Source: Planctomycetales bacterium 4572_13
Lineage (GTDB): Bacteria; Planctomycetota; Phycisphaerae; Sedimentisphaerales; Anaerohalosphaeraceae
Direction: 5' to 3'
Length of the DNA: 52,292 bases
NCBI GenBank assembly: GCA_002084585.1
Contig: NBLM01000001.1
Location: forward strand, 1-52,292
Under the pieces are notes generated by a model. It was not told where the DNA came from. It saw only the letters and a list, made by a program, of their open reading frames with translations, and did no database searches. The first letter of the stretch is position 1; each line of letters opens with the position of its first letter. The translations under genes were made by a program, and so were the position numbers. Of this stretch, positions 1-9,100 are shown piece after piece.

Positions 1-129
1 GAAGCTAATGTTATGGGCAAAAAACGCCCTTTTTAGCTGTCTCGTGTAAATGCTTGTCGTTAAATATGTTATGATATTCTACTGGTTTTAAGTATATATC
101 CCCTAACCATTATTCGTTTTATTCCACTT

Positions 130-165
130 AAAAAAGCGTTGTAACTTATTCTGTTACAACGCTTT
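130..165 (-). terminator. Rho-independent terminator downstream of tRNA-Asn
   Basis: Perfect 13-bp stem AAAGCGTTGTAAC/GTTACAACGCTTT (133-145 / 153-165) with a 7-nt loop. On the minus strand it is followed by a T-run (plus-strand A-run 130-135). Confidence 0.65.
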
Positions 166-172
166 ATCTTAA

Positions 173-245
173 CTCCCCGAGTAGGACTCGAACCTACGAC
201 CTAGCGGTTAACAGCCGCTCGCTCTACCAATTGAGCTATCGGGGA
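173..245 (-). tRNA. tRNA-Asn (anticodon GTT)
   Basis: Minus-strand cloverleaf: acceptor TCCCCGA/TCGGGGA, D-arm GCTC-AATTGGTA-GAGC, anticodon arm AGCGG-CTGTTAA-CCGCT, variable AGGTC, T-arm GTAGG-TTCGAGT-CCTAC. CCA is not encoded. Confidence 0.93.
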
Positions 246-284
246 ATCACAAAAACATAAACATCAGTGATTTACAGAAAACGC

Positions 285-314
285 ATATATTGCAAAAATG
301 ACGAGATTTGTCAA
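285..314 (-). promoter_or_regulatory. Candidate sigma70-type promoter for tRNA-Asn
   Basis: Minus strand reads TTGACA (314-309), 18 nt, ATATAT (290-285), about 35-40 nt upstream of the tRNA 5' end. Confidence 0.4.
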
Positions 315-362
315 GTGTCAGCTCGAAAATTTATAAAAAACCTCAAAAAAAAGAGCTGACTC

Positions 363-391
363 TGGACAAATATCGGCAATTTACCTATAAT
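363..391 (+). promoter_or_regulatory. Candidate sigma70-type promoter for the kinase/phosphatase pair
   Basis: TGGACA (363-368), 17 nt, TATAAT (386-391). Confidence 0.5.
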
Positions 392-482
392 TCCCGCTTA
401 GGGAGAATTTTAGGCGAAATGAAATAGACCTCGGGTGCATTTGGTTACAGCAAGGACCAATGTTGACGATAACAAAGGAATC

Positions 483-1355
483 ATGGCAAAGAACACAATT
501 GACATAGATGGATATACGATTATCCGACGGATCGGTACCGGAGCACGGTCGGTTATTTATCTTGCGATAGAGGAGGCCACGAAAAAACGCGTTGCGCTCA
601 AGCGGGCCATACTCGAAGCCCCAGAAGACACACGAATATTCAAGCAAATTGAGACCGAATACAAGGTTTCAAACCAAATTGACCATCCCTACATCCGCAA
701 ATGCCACGAACTGATTCGATCCCGCAAGTTATTTCGTACAAATGAGTTATTGATGATTATGGAGTTTTTTGACGGACAGAGCTTAGAAGACCAGAAACGG
801 CTGAGTCTAATTGATGTGCTGCTGGTATTCCGTATGGTCGCCGTCGCCTTAAATGCCATGCACGAAAAGGGATTCGTACATTGTGATATCAAGCCCAACA
901 ATATCCTCTTTAACAACGACGGCGGCATTAAAATTATCGATCTCGGACAAAGCTGCAAATTGGGCCAGATCAAAAAGCGGATTCAGGGGACGCCAGACTA
1001 TATTGCCCCTGAACAGGTTCGCCGAGAACATCTGAGCCACCGAACGGATATTTTCAACCTCGGAGCAACAATGTACTGGGCGCTGACCGGTAAAAATGTC
1101 CCCACACTGATCCCCAAAAAAGATGAATTCGGCATCGCCATCAATGAATCTTCACCTGTTAAGTCGCCACACAAATTGTTTAAAAAGATCCCCAAATCAT
1201 TGTCGGATCTGGTCATGCAATGCGTCGAAGATAAACCCGCAAAACGCCCGGCCAATATGCTGGAAATAACCCGCCAACTGGACGAATTAATCCGCGATAT
1301 ATTTGGTTCAAAAAATGTCTCAAATAACGCAACAAAGCATCCAACGCTGTCGTGA
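483..1355 (+). CDS. Eukaryote-like Ser/Thr protein kinase, kinase domain only (non-RD type)
   Basis: Hanks motifs in the translation: GTGARSVIY (G-loop), VALK (catalytic Lys), HCDIKPNN (HRD box with Arg->Cys), DLG (DFG variant), GTPDYIAPE. ATG at 483 follows AAGGA. The ORF track starts at GTG 435, which remains possible. Confidence 0.85.
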   Translation: MAKNTIDIDGYTIIRRIGTGARSVIYLAIEEATKKRVALKRAILEAPEDTRIFKQIETEYKVSNQIDHPYIRKCHELIRSRKLFRTNELLMIMEFFDGQSLEDQKRLSLIDVLLVFRMVAVALNAMHEKGFVHCDIKPNNILFNNDGGIKIIDLGQSCKLGQIKKRIQGTPDYIAPEQVRREHLSHRTDIFNLGATMYWALTGKNVPTLIPKKDEFGIAINESSPVKSPHKLFKKIPKSLSDLVMQCVEDKPAKRPANMLEITRQLDELIRDIFGSKNVSNNATKHPTLS

Positions 1356-2172
1356 GGGAGCCGAACTTAATCGCTCCTGTCGATTCCGAAAGGGCAACAT
1401 CGTCAACCTGCCTGAAATGGGCAAGGTGATCGTGGCCGGTGACCTGCATGGTCATCGACGCAACTTCGAGCGTATTCAAAAACTGGCCAACCTTAAAAAC
1501 AACTCCCAGACACATGTTATCCTTCAGGAAATTGTCCACGGCGGACCGGAGGATGATTGTGGGGGGTGTTTGTCGTGGCAGCTTCTGTTTAATGTCATCC
1601 GCTATAAGATTGAGTTTCCGGATCAGGTGCATATTTTACTCGGCAATCACGATACAGCGACCATCTCCAACAGTTCCGTTCTGAAATCCGGCAAGGAAAT
1701 GAACCGAGCGATGCAGGCCGCCATGCAACGACATTTCGGGCCGGATTATCAGGCCATTTACAGCGCAATGACGGACTATATGCTTTCACAGCCTCTGGCG
1801 ATCCGCTGCGAAAACCGTATTTGGATTTCGCATTCACTGCCGGCAGATCAATATATCGATGATTTTGATTTATCCATATTCAACCGCCCCTATACCCTCG
1901 ACGATATCGAACGCCCCAACGGCGTTTATCTGCTAACATGGGGGCGTCGCCATTCGCCCGAAGCGCTGAATCGGCTGGCGAAAATGCTCGATGTGGATAT
2001 ATTCATTCTCGGCCACCAACCGCAGGAAACGGGCTGGTCGCTGGCCGGCCCCAATGCACTCATTCTCGCATCCGAACACAGCTTCGGTTGTCTGCTGCAA
2101 TTCGATCTGGATAAGCGCTACACCGCCGCTGCGCTGACCGGATGCATAACTCCCCTAAACACCCTCGAATAA
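1315..2172 (+). CDS. Calcineurin-like metallophosphoesterase (PPP-like putative protein phosphatase)
   Basis: GDLHGH (GDxHG) and GNHD motifs; the canonical GDxxDRG motif II is not evident. It overlaps the kinase 3' end (kinase stop 1353-1355). The start is uncertain: TTG 1303, ATG 1315 or ATG 1417. Confidence 0.72.
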   Translation: MSQITQQSIQRCREGAELNRSCRFRKGNIVNLPEMGKVIVAGDLHGHRRNFERIQKLANLKNNSQTHVILQEIVHGGPEDDCGGCLSWQLLFNVIRYKIEFPDQVHILLGNHDTATISNSSVLKSGKEMNRAMQAAMQRHFGPDYQAIYSAMTDYMLSQPLAIRCENRIWISHSLPADQYIDDFDLSIFNRPYTLDDIERPNGVYLLTWGRRHSPEALNRLAKMLDVDIFILGHQPQETGWSLAGPNALILASEHSFGCLLQFDLDKRYTAAALTGCITPLNTLE

Positions 2173-2192
2173 AAAACAAAGAAGGGACTCGC

Positions 2193-3176
2193 TTACATTG
2201 GCTGCCCAACGAGGTAGATTCTGTTTTTGCCGCTTCGTTTGGCTTTGAGCATGGCCTGGTCGGCTTTTTCAAACAGTTCCTGAGCATCCTGGGCATCCGT
2301 CGGAAAGGTTGCCAATCCCCCGCTGATCGTCAGCGACCCTTTGCCCTGGGGTCCCAGTTTGTCGAATGGTGTATGAGACATCTCACTGCGAAAGCGTTCG
2401 GCCATAAAAACGGATTGTCGCGGATGATTCTGGCTGGACCCACGGCGGTCCGACCCACCACCCTGTCCATCTGAAATATCCCAAAACACAACAGCAAACT
2501 CATCGCCGCCCAGCCGAACTACCACATCCTGGTCGCGGCAGCATCGCCGCATCAGTTTGGCGGCCTGCCGCAGCACAGTATCGCCAACGGAATGCCCATA
2601 GGTATCGTTGTAATGCTTGAAATTGTCGATGTCAAACAACAATAAAGTAACCTGGCAGCGAGCGGATTCTGCTTTTCGCAAGATCGCCGGCAAAAACTGC
2701 TTCAGATACCGGCGGTTTTTCAGATCCGTCAGATCATCCTGCATCACCATCGCCCCCAGTTCCCTGATTCGCCGATCCTTGTCCTGCTCACCCTTTGTGA
2801 TAGCTGAAACATCCTGAAAACCGGCCGCTTTTTCAGGAATCAATGCCGCCACGCTCAACGGACAAATCAGGTAGTCCAGGCATCCATTCGCCCAGGAACA
2901 CGACCGAAGCCATTCATGAACGCCGGGTTCTTCGACCATCTGAATCAGAAGACAAATAGTCGCTTGCGGACAGACCCTGTGCAGTGCTTCCAGTGCCTGC
3001 GATTTGGGTTCGGGCATTTCCGAATAGACCACGAAAATCCTGTCAAGGGGTTGCTGCTGGGCAATGGTGATGCCCTCAAAAATACTCTTGCAGTGCCGCA
3101 TCGAAATCGGGCCGTCGGCCATCACCTTCGCGGGCGTTCCAATCAGCAGATAATTATTTTGTTGGGCCGCCGTCAT
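2193..3176 (-). CDS. Diguanylate cyclase (GGDEF) with degenerate N-terminal receiver-like domain
   Basis: RLGGDEFAVVF active site. RDQD (RxxD I-site) lies 5 residues upstream of GGDEF. The N-terminal ~110 aa have a receiver-like fold pattern but lack the DD pair and acceptor Asp (VVYSEMP). Confidence 0.9.
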   Translation of the reverse strand: MTAAQQNNYLLIGTPAKVMADGPISMRHCKSIFEGITIAQQQPLDRIFVVYSEMPEPKSQALEALHRVCPQATICLLIQMVEEPGVHEWLRSCSWANGCLDYLICPLSVAALIPEKAAGFQDVSAITKGEQDKDRRIRELGAMVMQDDLTDLKNRRYLKQFLPAILRKAESARCQVTLLLFDIDNFKHYNDTYGHSVGDTVLRQAAKLMRRCCRDQDVVVRLGGDEFAVVFWDISDGQGGGSDRRGSSQNHPRQSVFMAERFRSEMSHTPFDKLGPQGKGSLTISGGLATFPTDAQDAQELFEKADQAMLKAKRSGKNRIYLVGQPM

Positions 3177-3677
3177 TTATTCAACCCCCAAAAGCGCAGT
3201 AACCTCATCATCGCTGAGTTCATACTCCAATCGGTCAGGTTCTTCAAGAATATCCTCTCGGGCCACATCTGGCACCGATGGGTTCTGAGGAACGGTTTTA
3301 CAGAACGAGTGGATAAACGGCCGAAGTTGTTCAGGATGACTCATCATCACCGTGCCGTTGGCCGCCGTCTGCGTGATGGTATAATCTGATATATTTTCTC
3401 CGGAATCAATCCATCCAATGATCCGCAGATTTGGAAAATTTCGCTCAATGAAAACGGTTGCCTGCGATCCGAGCATCGCCGGACGGGCGACTAAGATAAG
3501 CAACGCGCCCGCAGGGGTATCTTTGATCCCGTCAACCACTTCGTACACGGTGGAATACACAGAAAACGCATATTGCCACTGGCGCAGCACAGAAGCCAAA
3601 ATTGCACACACCGAGTCCGCCGGTCGAGCAAGAACCAGCACCTGAACGACTGAATTGACATTTTTAGTAAGCATCAC
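3177..3677 (-). CDS. Hypothetical protein, receiver-like (no phospho-acceptor Asp recognisable)
   Basis: 166-aa ORF. Its stop codon (3177-3179) directly abuts the ATG (3174-3176) of the GGDEF gene. It shows an alternating hydrophobic strand/helix pattern (VQVLVLARP..., ALLILVARPAML), and the function is inferred only weakly. Confidence 0.6.
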   Translation of the reverse strand: MMLTKNVNSVVQVLVLARPADSVCAILASVLRQWQYAFSVYSTVYEVVDGIKDTPAGALLILVARPAMLGSQATVFIERNFPNLRIIGWIDSGENISDYTITQTAANGTVMMSHPEQLRPFIHSFCKTVPQNPSVPDVAREDILEEPDRLEYELSDDEVTALLGVE

Positions 3678-3754
3678 CCGTTTTCTCCTGTCGCTACAGC
3701 ATAATCAATTGGAGGTAAAAAGTCAAATAAAATCAGCTCTCTTTGAAATGGCAC

Positions 3755-3787
3755 AAAAAAAGCCCGACAGGGGTATCCTGTCGGGCT
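3755..3787 (-). terminator. Rho-independent terminator ending the exosortase/Wzc operon
   Basis: 11-bp stem AGCCCGACAGG/CCTGTCGGGCT (3761-3771 / 3777-3787) with a 5-nt loop. On the minus strand it is followed by T7 (plus A-run 3755-3761). It lies 27 nt after the Wzc stop. Confidence 0.8.
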
Positions 3788-3813
3788 TGATAGCAATGTA
3801 AGCAGAATATGAC

Positions 3814-6114
3814 CTAAACCGGCTGCTCCACCTGAACGCGCTGGTATTCCTGATAGGATCGATAAATCTCCTGGAAGTAGCCGCCTTTGCGGCTTTTGAC
3901 ACCCATGAGTACCGTGCCAACGATATCGGCGTGAATTTCACGCATTTCACGGAGCATTCGTATAGCCGCCCCGCGATGCGTATTGGCGGTGTTAAAGACG
4001 ATAATCGTCCCATCGACCTGTGCGGCAAGGGTCTTGGAATCGCTGACCAGCATGGCGGGGCCGTCGATAATCACATAATCAAAATTTGACTCGCAGTACC
4101 CCAGCAACGACTTCATTCGCTCGCCGCTGAAAAGTTCCGCAGGATTCGCGGGAAGCGGGCCACTGTCAATGATGAACAACCCCTCGATACCACTGGCGCG
4201 AACGACCTGATTAGCGCTGTCGCACTGGCCCATCAGATAATTGCTGAGGCCATAATCGGAAGTATCGATCGCTGAACCATCGTCCGCCGAATGCGGGAAC
4301 AGACGCGGCGTAGAGGGCCTTCGTAAGTTCGCATCCATCAGCAGGACACGACGGTTCTCGGCCAGCAGCGTGCTGACCAGATTAACCGCAACGGTCGTCT
4401 TGCCGTCGCCGCCCTGTCCGCTGGTAATGAGTAAGGTCTTTTTTGCCTGACCATCGGCCCCGGATAGTTTCAGATTCGTTCGGAGCTGACGATAACACTC
4501 ACTCATAATCGAATACGGCGCCTGACGCACCACATGATACAGATCGACGCCGTCAACATCTTCATCATCATCAACATGGCAAACCATGCCCATCAGCGGA
4601 ACCTTAAGGTGACGCATCACATCGCTGGGGCTGCGAAGCAGATCATTCGTTAATTCGATCAGGAAGGCAAGCCCCAGGCCGGCCATTAAGCCCAGGATAA
4701 ACCCGCCGGGAAAAAACATCATCTTATTGGGAAAACTCTTTTCCCGCGGATTTGTCGCTGCATAAGGCGAGGACAGTTTGCTAAGTCCCGGATCATTATG
4801 CTGAGCATTCTTCTTTTCGAGCAGTGTATTCATCTCTTCCAGCCGGGCCAACTTTTCCTGGCGCTGCTGTTCATACTGCGCATAGTCGCCGCGGATACGG
4901 TCAATATCTTTATACTCAGCGTGAGCCAACTGGAGTTGGGCGGTTACTGACTCGGCTTCCTGCACGAGCGCCGCCATAGATTCTTCAGCCGCCAGCAAGT
5001 TTGACTGACGCAAAATCTGACCAATCTCGTATTGCCGCTTAGCATAAGCTTGGCGCATCTGTCGCAGGGATGCCTGAGTTTCCTTAACCCGACGATGGTC
5101 CTCGCCAAAACGAGAAAGTTGCTGATCTAATTGCGGTTCCAATCGGGCAATATCCGACCGCATTTGGCGTGCGACCGAATCGTTTTCCACCTGCTCCTGC
5201 ACCCGCTCATCAAAATCAAAGGCCTCGGCCCTGGCCCTAAGCGTAGCAATCACACTTTCCAATCGCCCTTTTTCGCCGTCCAAATCGCTGTAAGATGTTT
5301 CTAAGTCGGCCAATTTTTCATCCATATAGTCACGAAAGGACTGATTTTCGCCAAGATTCAGACGCGCAAATCGAGTCCCGGAACGAATCGATTCCAAGCT
5401 GCTTTCGAGCTGATTCAGCGTGGTTTGAATTTTATCCCGCTGGTCGTTAAACTGGGCCAGTTCACCTTTGAGTCCACTCTGAGCCAATTCCTGCTGTTGA
5501 CGCAAAAAGATCCGCACCATCTCATCGACAATCAATTTCGCATCTCTAGCGCTGCCGCAACGCATTGAAACTAAGAGAAAGTTGTTATCTCGCGGCGCAG
5601 AGGCGCCTAAATTATCTTTCAAGTCCTCCAACGCCTCATCAAGCGCCTTGGCTTTGTCTCCAACGATCTCGCCAGCGGCATTGAGCTTGGCGAATTTTTT
5701 AAACCAATGGGTCGTCTTAATATCATCAGAGTTGTCAAGCAGTTGCTTGAGCATATGATCCTGCTTGATCAGTGAGGCCTTTGTGAAACGAAACTGGTAA
5801 TAAATATCCTTTGCTACCTGCGATGTTGCTATTTTCAATGGATCCTCAGTAATCGGCATAGCCACATCAATCGCCCGCATTGAGGTGTATTGGGGGATAT
5901 AGCGATCACACAGGAACCACGCCCCGCCGCCGATGACTGTGCCGATGATCGTGAAAATGATGATCATCCATATGTGCCTGCGAAGGATACCCACGATGTC
6001 TTTTGGAGTCATCGCCATTGGGCCGCCGGCAGCGGGTCCGCGCGGCGGCATCATTGGCGGTCGCCCCGAAGGTCTGGGCGGCCTGTTCGTTGGTCGTTGA
6101 ATCGGATTATCCAT
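3814..6114 (-). CDS. Polysaccharide chain-length determinant / BY-type tyrosine autokinase (Wzc/EpsF-EpsG-like fusion)
   Basis: Two TM segments flank a long coiled-coil periplasmic region. C-terminal P-loop kinase: GQGGDGKTT (Walker A), LLMDANLRRP (A'), VIIDGPA (B), and a Tyr-rich tail GGYFQEIYRSYQEYQ. The N-terminus is Pro-rich and several in-frame Met alternatives exist. Confidence 0.9.
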   Translation of the reverse strand: MDNPIQRPTNRPPRPSGRPPMMPPRGPAAGGPMAMTPKDIVGILRRHIWMIIIFTIIGTVIGGGAWFLCDRYIPQYTSMRAIDVAMPITEDPLKIATSQVAKDIYYQFRFTKASLIKQDHMLKQLLDNSDDIKTTHWFKKFAKLNAAGEIVGDKAKALDEALEDLKDNLGASAPRDNNFLLVSMRCGSARDAKLIVDEMVRIFLRQQQELAQSGLKGELAQFNDQRDKIQTTLNQLESSLESIRSGTRFARLNLGENQSFRDYMDEKLADLETSYSDLDGEKGRLESVIATLRARAEAFDFDERVQEQVENDSVARQMRSDIARLEPQLDQQLSRFGEDHRRVKETQASLRQMRQAYAKRQYEIGQILRQSNLLAAEESMAALVQEAESVTAQLQLAHAEYKDIDRIRGDYAQYEQQRQEKLARLEEMNTLLEKKNAQHNDPGLSKLSSPYAATNPREKSFPNKMMFFPGGFILGLMAGLGLAFLIELTNDLLRSPSDVMRHLKVPLMGMVCHVDDDEDVDGVDLYHVVRQAPYSIMSECYRQLRTNLKLSGADGQAKKTLLITSGQGGDGKTTVAVNLVSTLLAENRRVLLMDANLRRPSTPRLFPHSADDGSAIDTSDYGLSNYLMGQCDSANQVVRASGIEGLFIIDSGPLPANPAELFSGERMKSLLGYCESNFDYVIIDGPAMLVSDSKTLAAQVDGTIIVFNTANTHRGAAIRMLREMREIHADIVGTVLMGVKSRKGGYFQEIYRSYQEYQRVQVEQPV

Positions 6115-6143
6115 TAAAAACTCCCTATTGGATCCTATTCTCT

Positions 6144-9100
6144 TTAGCTTTGCTGCAACCGCTCAATGGCGGCCTGCAATCGCTGTTTTTCTTTTTCCGG
6201 TATCTCATCAGACGCATCCAGGGCCTTTTGATACATCTCTATCGCCTGTGCCGCTTTGTCAAGTCCCTCTTTCGCCATCGCAAAGTGCTTGTAAAGATCC
6301 CAAGGCACCGGCTGACCCAAAACCTCATAAATCTGGACCGCCCGGATCAAATTCTGTTCCGCCTGTTTGTATTGCCCTGTTTTGCATTGGACATAAGCAT
6401 AGGTATCCAGAAAGACCGCGTTGCCCGGATCGCCCTGATGTGCCTTACGGGCATACTCCAAAGCCGTTTCTAATTGTTGATTATTATCCGCCAACAAATA
6501 CGCCATATTATTGAGCAAGGAACTGTTGTTCGGCTGCAATTGGAGCATTTTTTCAAGCAATGCCGTTGCACGCTCCCAATAACTCTGGTCGGCTGTTTTG
6601 GTATAGGCCATAATCAGCAGATTGACTTTTTTTAAGGCATATCCAAGCCAGGCAGGGTTTCCTTCGCCTAAGCTGTCAATGCACTTGTTGATATGTTCGA
6701 TGGCCTCATTGTAGGCGATATCCCGCTGTGCCAACCGGGCGGCCAGCAGGTGTGCGGGCAGTGAATTCTCATCAGCGGCGAGTTTGTCAGATATCCAGCC
6801 CATCACCGCTTCTTTACCAACGGTGTCGAGCATCTTCTGTGAAATCATACCTTGCGCCCCATCATTTGTCGCGGCCTTGTCCAGTGCTGTATAAAAACTC
6901 TGGACCGCCTCGTCTTTGCGACCTTTTTGGAAATGAACCTGCGCCATAAAAGTATAGACCAACGGAGCCGCCGGCGTATCGATCTGGCCGGAAGCAATGG
7001 AAAAGGCCTGATCATACTGTTTGGCTCTGTATAAACTCTCGAGATAGCCGCCAAGCGCACCAGCGTCAGGTTGCCCCTGTTCGGTGCTGATCTGCCAAGA
7101 GGCCTTTAGTAATTCTTGTGCCTTAACAAGCGTCCCCTGATTCAGATAGTAAAGGCCGGCGCGGTAAAGCCAGAATACGCTTTGCGGGTATTTTTCCAGC
7201 GTCATCTGATAAAACTTGTCCAGATCACTGATGCGATTGTTTTTTTGATACAAACTCTCCAGCATCAACCGAAGCTGGACAGGGCTTTTCGGATCATCCA
7301 AGCTGGGGACTAACTCACCAATAGCGGCAGTAACCTGATTTAGCTCAGTATATACAGTAGCCAATTCCATACGAACCGCCGGGGTGTCCTGAAGACCCTT
7401 GCTGTGCTGGAGGTCTTCAACTGCTTTTCGGGGTTGATTCATCAAACGATACAATCGGCCGCGCAAGCGCCAGGCACCCGAATTATTCGTATCGGTCTCC
7501 AGATAACGGTTGGCCAGAGCCAGGGCTTCCTCTAAGCGTCCTTTGCCCATCTGCGTCCAGGCCTCAATCAACAACACCGCCTTTTCATCGGGAAAACGCT
7601 CCCTGAAACTCGCGAGTTTCTTTTCCGCCTCTTCCGTAAAACCGTTATCGATATACTTTTGAAGTACCCACAACTGTATTTCTTTCGTTTCATCGAGCTT
7701 GGCAAGCGTATTGAGATACTGCTTGATCCGGTCGCGATGACCCGCACCCTGTGAAACAAGCACGAGCCCCTGAACCAACAGCGGATCTTCCGGGTTTTCC
7801 TGAAGCAAGTCCTTCAATATCGCCTCGGCCTGTTCAAACTGGCCGTTGCGCAAATAGAACTTCCACTCCAGATTCTTATCGCCTTTGAGCAGTTCGATCG
7901 CCTCTTCGCCTTTTCCTGATCTCTGCTGATAGTCCGCATAGGCCTGGCGAAGTGTTTCGTTATCCGGTTCAGCATCCATTCCTTTTTGGTAAGCATTGCC
8001 CGCCAGCTCAATCAAACCGGTCTTTTTCGCCGCGTCCCATTCGGACATCGCCATTCGCAACGCCATATTCCCCAGCATCAGCGCATTAGAGGCGCTCGGG
8101 TTACTCTCCAGCAACTTCTGCCGAATCAAAAGTGCCCGATCCGGATCCCGCAACTGAATGCTTTCCGCATAGACGCTCTGCAACTGCTGGTCCGTTGGGT
8201 TTAGCCGCATCGCCATCATAACGGCCTGTTCCGCCTCGGCCTGCTGCTGCTGGGTCATCTTACTTCCCAACGCGGCATTTCGAGCAAAGAGCAAGGAAGC
8301 CAACTGTCGCGTATAAGACGCATTTTGCGGGTCCATACGAATCGCCATCTTGGCACTTTCAATTGACCCTTCTTCGTCTTCCAATTGACTTAGTACCTGA
8401 CTTTTAAGAAAATAGGTGTAGCTGTAAAGGGGCTGCAACGACACACACTCATCCAGTCGCCGCAATGCCGCTTGATAATTTTCTTGGACCATTTCCAATC
8501 GTGCCGCGGCCAGATTCCCATCGCACCGGTCGATATTTTCTGCTCGGATGATCTGCTGCAAACTTTGGGCCGCTTGAAAATCCTTTTGCTCGATTGCAAT
8601 GCCAAATCTTACCTGTACGATCTCCGGGTCACCGGAATCCACCTGTGGATTCTGCTCTAAAGTTTGAAGTGCTTTTTCAAAATCGCCCTGCAAACGGTAA
8701 GACCCGGCTGACAGGATGGCTTTTTGCTTTGCGTCCGTCAGTGAGTTAATCGCCTGCTGTCGCAATTGCGTTCGCTGATCAGGTGTCAAGTTCAAGGGAT
8801 CCTCCTGCTGCGCCTGCAGACGAAGAACCATCAGATTTAAGACATCCGGATTGGCCGCAAGGAAGGCGTCTAAATACTCAACGGCAAGCGCCACCTGCTC
8901 ATTCCGCATCATATCCACACAAATTCCGGCAAGGATCTGCGTGTTCACTTCTTTTGGACTTGTTTTCAGGATTTTGCCCAATAGTTCATTTCGTTTCTCG
9001 CGAAGCGTTTTTAATTCCTGTGTCTGCTCCGGCGTGGGTTCTTCCTCTTGCTCCTCAAGCGAAGCAATGGTTTGCTTTAGCCGGGCGGTCTGACTAACAA

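Noticed and set aside
1-129. AT-rich leading segment with a small GGGC...GCCC hairpin plus T-run (15-37)
   Set aside because: The stem is only 4 bp and the upstream gene is outside the window, so a terminator or any other feature cannot be supported.
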